From Tubulanus polymorphus (Eukaryota; Animalia; Nemertea): 64,000 nucleotides of DNA. Location: contig NC_134029.1 in NCBI RefSeq assembly GCF_964204645.1, positions 5,084,001-5,148,000 on the forward strand, in the 5' to 3' direction. The position numbers and the translations under genes are program-made. Position 1 is the stretch's first letter; every line of letters starts with the position of its first letter. Shown one piece after another: positions 62,501 through 64,000 of this stretch. The notes beneath the pieces were generated by a model. It saw only the letters and a program-made list of their open reading frames with translations. It made no database searches and was not told where the DNA came from.

Positions 62501-64000
62501 AAATAGAAAAATGAATCATTCAATCAAAAGTAATGATCCTCAGACTGTAGACCTAAAGAGTGTCGACTGTATCAATCTGTCGAGAGGGAAAACTGACCCA
62601 AACGTCCCAAAGATCATTACTTCAGTTGGTTGGCTATTATTTATTAAATGCGCTTGAAGAGGTCGTGTTACGTACATCTACGCGTGGATTGGGAAAATAA
62701 TCCGAGCCTTTCTACTGCCAGAAGTGGTCGGCAAAAAAGGCAAGAAATCTCCGATCGCGAAAGCCAAGAGCTCCTTAACGAACACATTCATGCCATGCGA
62801 TATACATTCTATGATCTTAAACGGATGTCTCAATGTCGCATGAGATCAAAAACTGGTCCAAGTAGGCACTCGTTCGCCTCGGCTTTTCTGATATGACTTC
62901 TTACGAATTCACTTCATAACTGCGACTGATCAGTTTAATGCAATTATTACTCAGTCTATAGATATTGTGTAAGCGCGTGTCTACACCTCTGCCACAGGGC
63001 TCACAAACCTCTGAAAACTACGTATACGCGTACGTACGCTAATAAGGTTCGATTGGATTTAAGCAAATATGTAATCATCGATCGGAATTTCAACTTCAGA
63101 AACAGCAGTTCGGCTTTACAATGTGATGATTAAGCAAACCGCTATCAACCTAGATCTTAATTCCCAAGTACATGCATAGCGGCGTAATGGACAATACATT
63201 AATTTATCATTCCAAATTGTCTGTTCTGATCAAACGATAATGTGTACACGATATACCCTTATGATGCTCGGCCAATAACGTTCATTTAACGTTTACATTA
63301 TGTTCAATTTGCCGACAGAAATTGATCGTTTAGCGCGCTTAAACTGTATATCAAAAATTGATTACCGTCGACATCGGCGTGGAGTCTATTTCAATTTTCA
63401 GTTGGAATAATTCAATTTCTTTATTTCGCGGCTTATCGACAGTGTTTATCGGCGCAATATCGTTCGTCGCTTCGACGACGGACGGAATTCGAACAGCTTC
63501 TCGCTTCGACTATGAGAACGAAAAAAAGGGAAAAGGTATTCGACGTCTGTCACCGGCACTGGAAATAATATCATATCACATAACGGGGGTAGAGTTAATC
63601 TCCATCGTTATCCGAACACGTATTAACAATTCATGCGTAATCCTCGCTTCAATAGAAAAAAATCCGATCCCAAAAACCGATTCGACGCATTTTATATCGT
63701 CGAACGCTTTTCAAATAGAATTTCAAATTGAAATTGAACCCACATACGAAAATCTCATATTCGAAGCGTTCTATCCCGGCTTCAGAATGAGAGTAAACGC
63801 AAACGATAAGAGCGATAGAAGCTTCAAAACTTTTCTTAAGTTACATTAAGTCTTAAATCCCGCATTTTTAATCATGAACGCGGGATCATTTTGCCATGAA
63901 ATTAGATATGGGAAAAAACCATTGTACCGCGATAGGTCTGGTTAAAAACCGCGTTCAAATGACCTGTTCACTGGAATTGATATCGCTGTACAAAAATGCC

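Noticed and set aside
63358-63849. 163-aa plus-strand ORF at the window end
   Set aside because: Non-ATG start, no recognisable domain and no supporting splice signals.

Overview
Intron-containing, AT-rich invertebrate (bilaterian, probably lophotrochozoan) genomic DNA with three genes. (1) An arylsulfatase B/I/J-family sulfatase on +, with a short leader exon and the whole catalytic domain in one 1.44-kb exon (1761-3319). (2) A four-exon prefoldin subunit 1 gene, PFDN1, on + (4552-7412). (3) A large delta1-like protocadherin on -, with seven cadherin repeats and the TM segment in one 2.75-kb exon (45295-48048), a ~29-kb intron, three cytoplasmic exons down to 12440, a ~2.4-kb 3' UTR, and a promoter upstream of 48201. 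Between the convergent 3' ends of PFDN1 and the protocadherin lies a three-layer nest of non-autonomous transposons. Its innermost Helentron/HINE (pearl-like) element carries four tandem CTCF-consensus motifs and several YY1 motifs. Also present: a minimal hammerhead ribozyme motif (1196-1239, -), a 5'-truncated L2/CR1-group LINE (58406-59537), many MITE/foldback relics, a perfect 50-bp inverted repeat that looks like a template-switch scar, and a protocadherin splice donor apparently derived from a MITE. Most short ORFs in the track are noise. All gene models were built by eye and have no RNA support.
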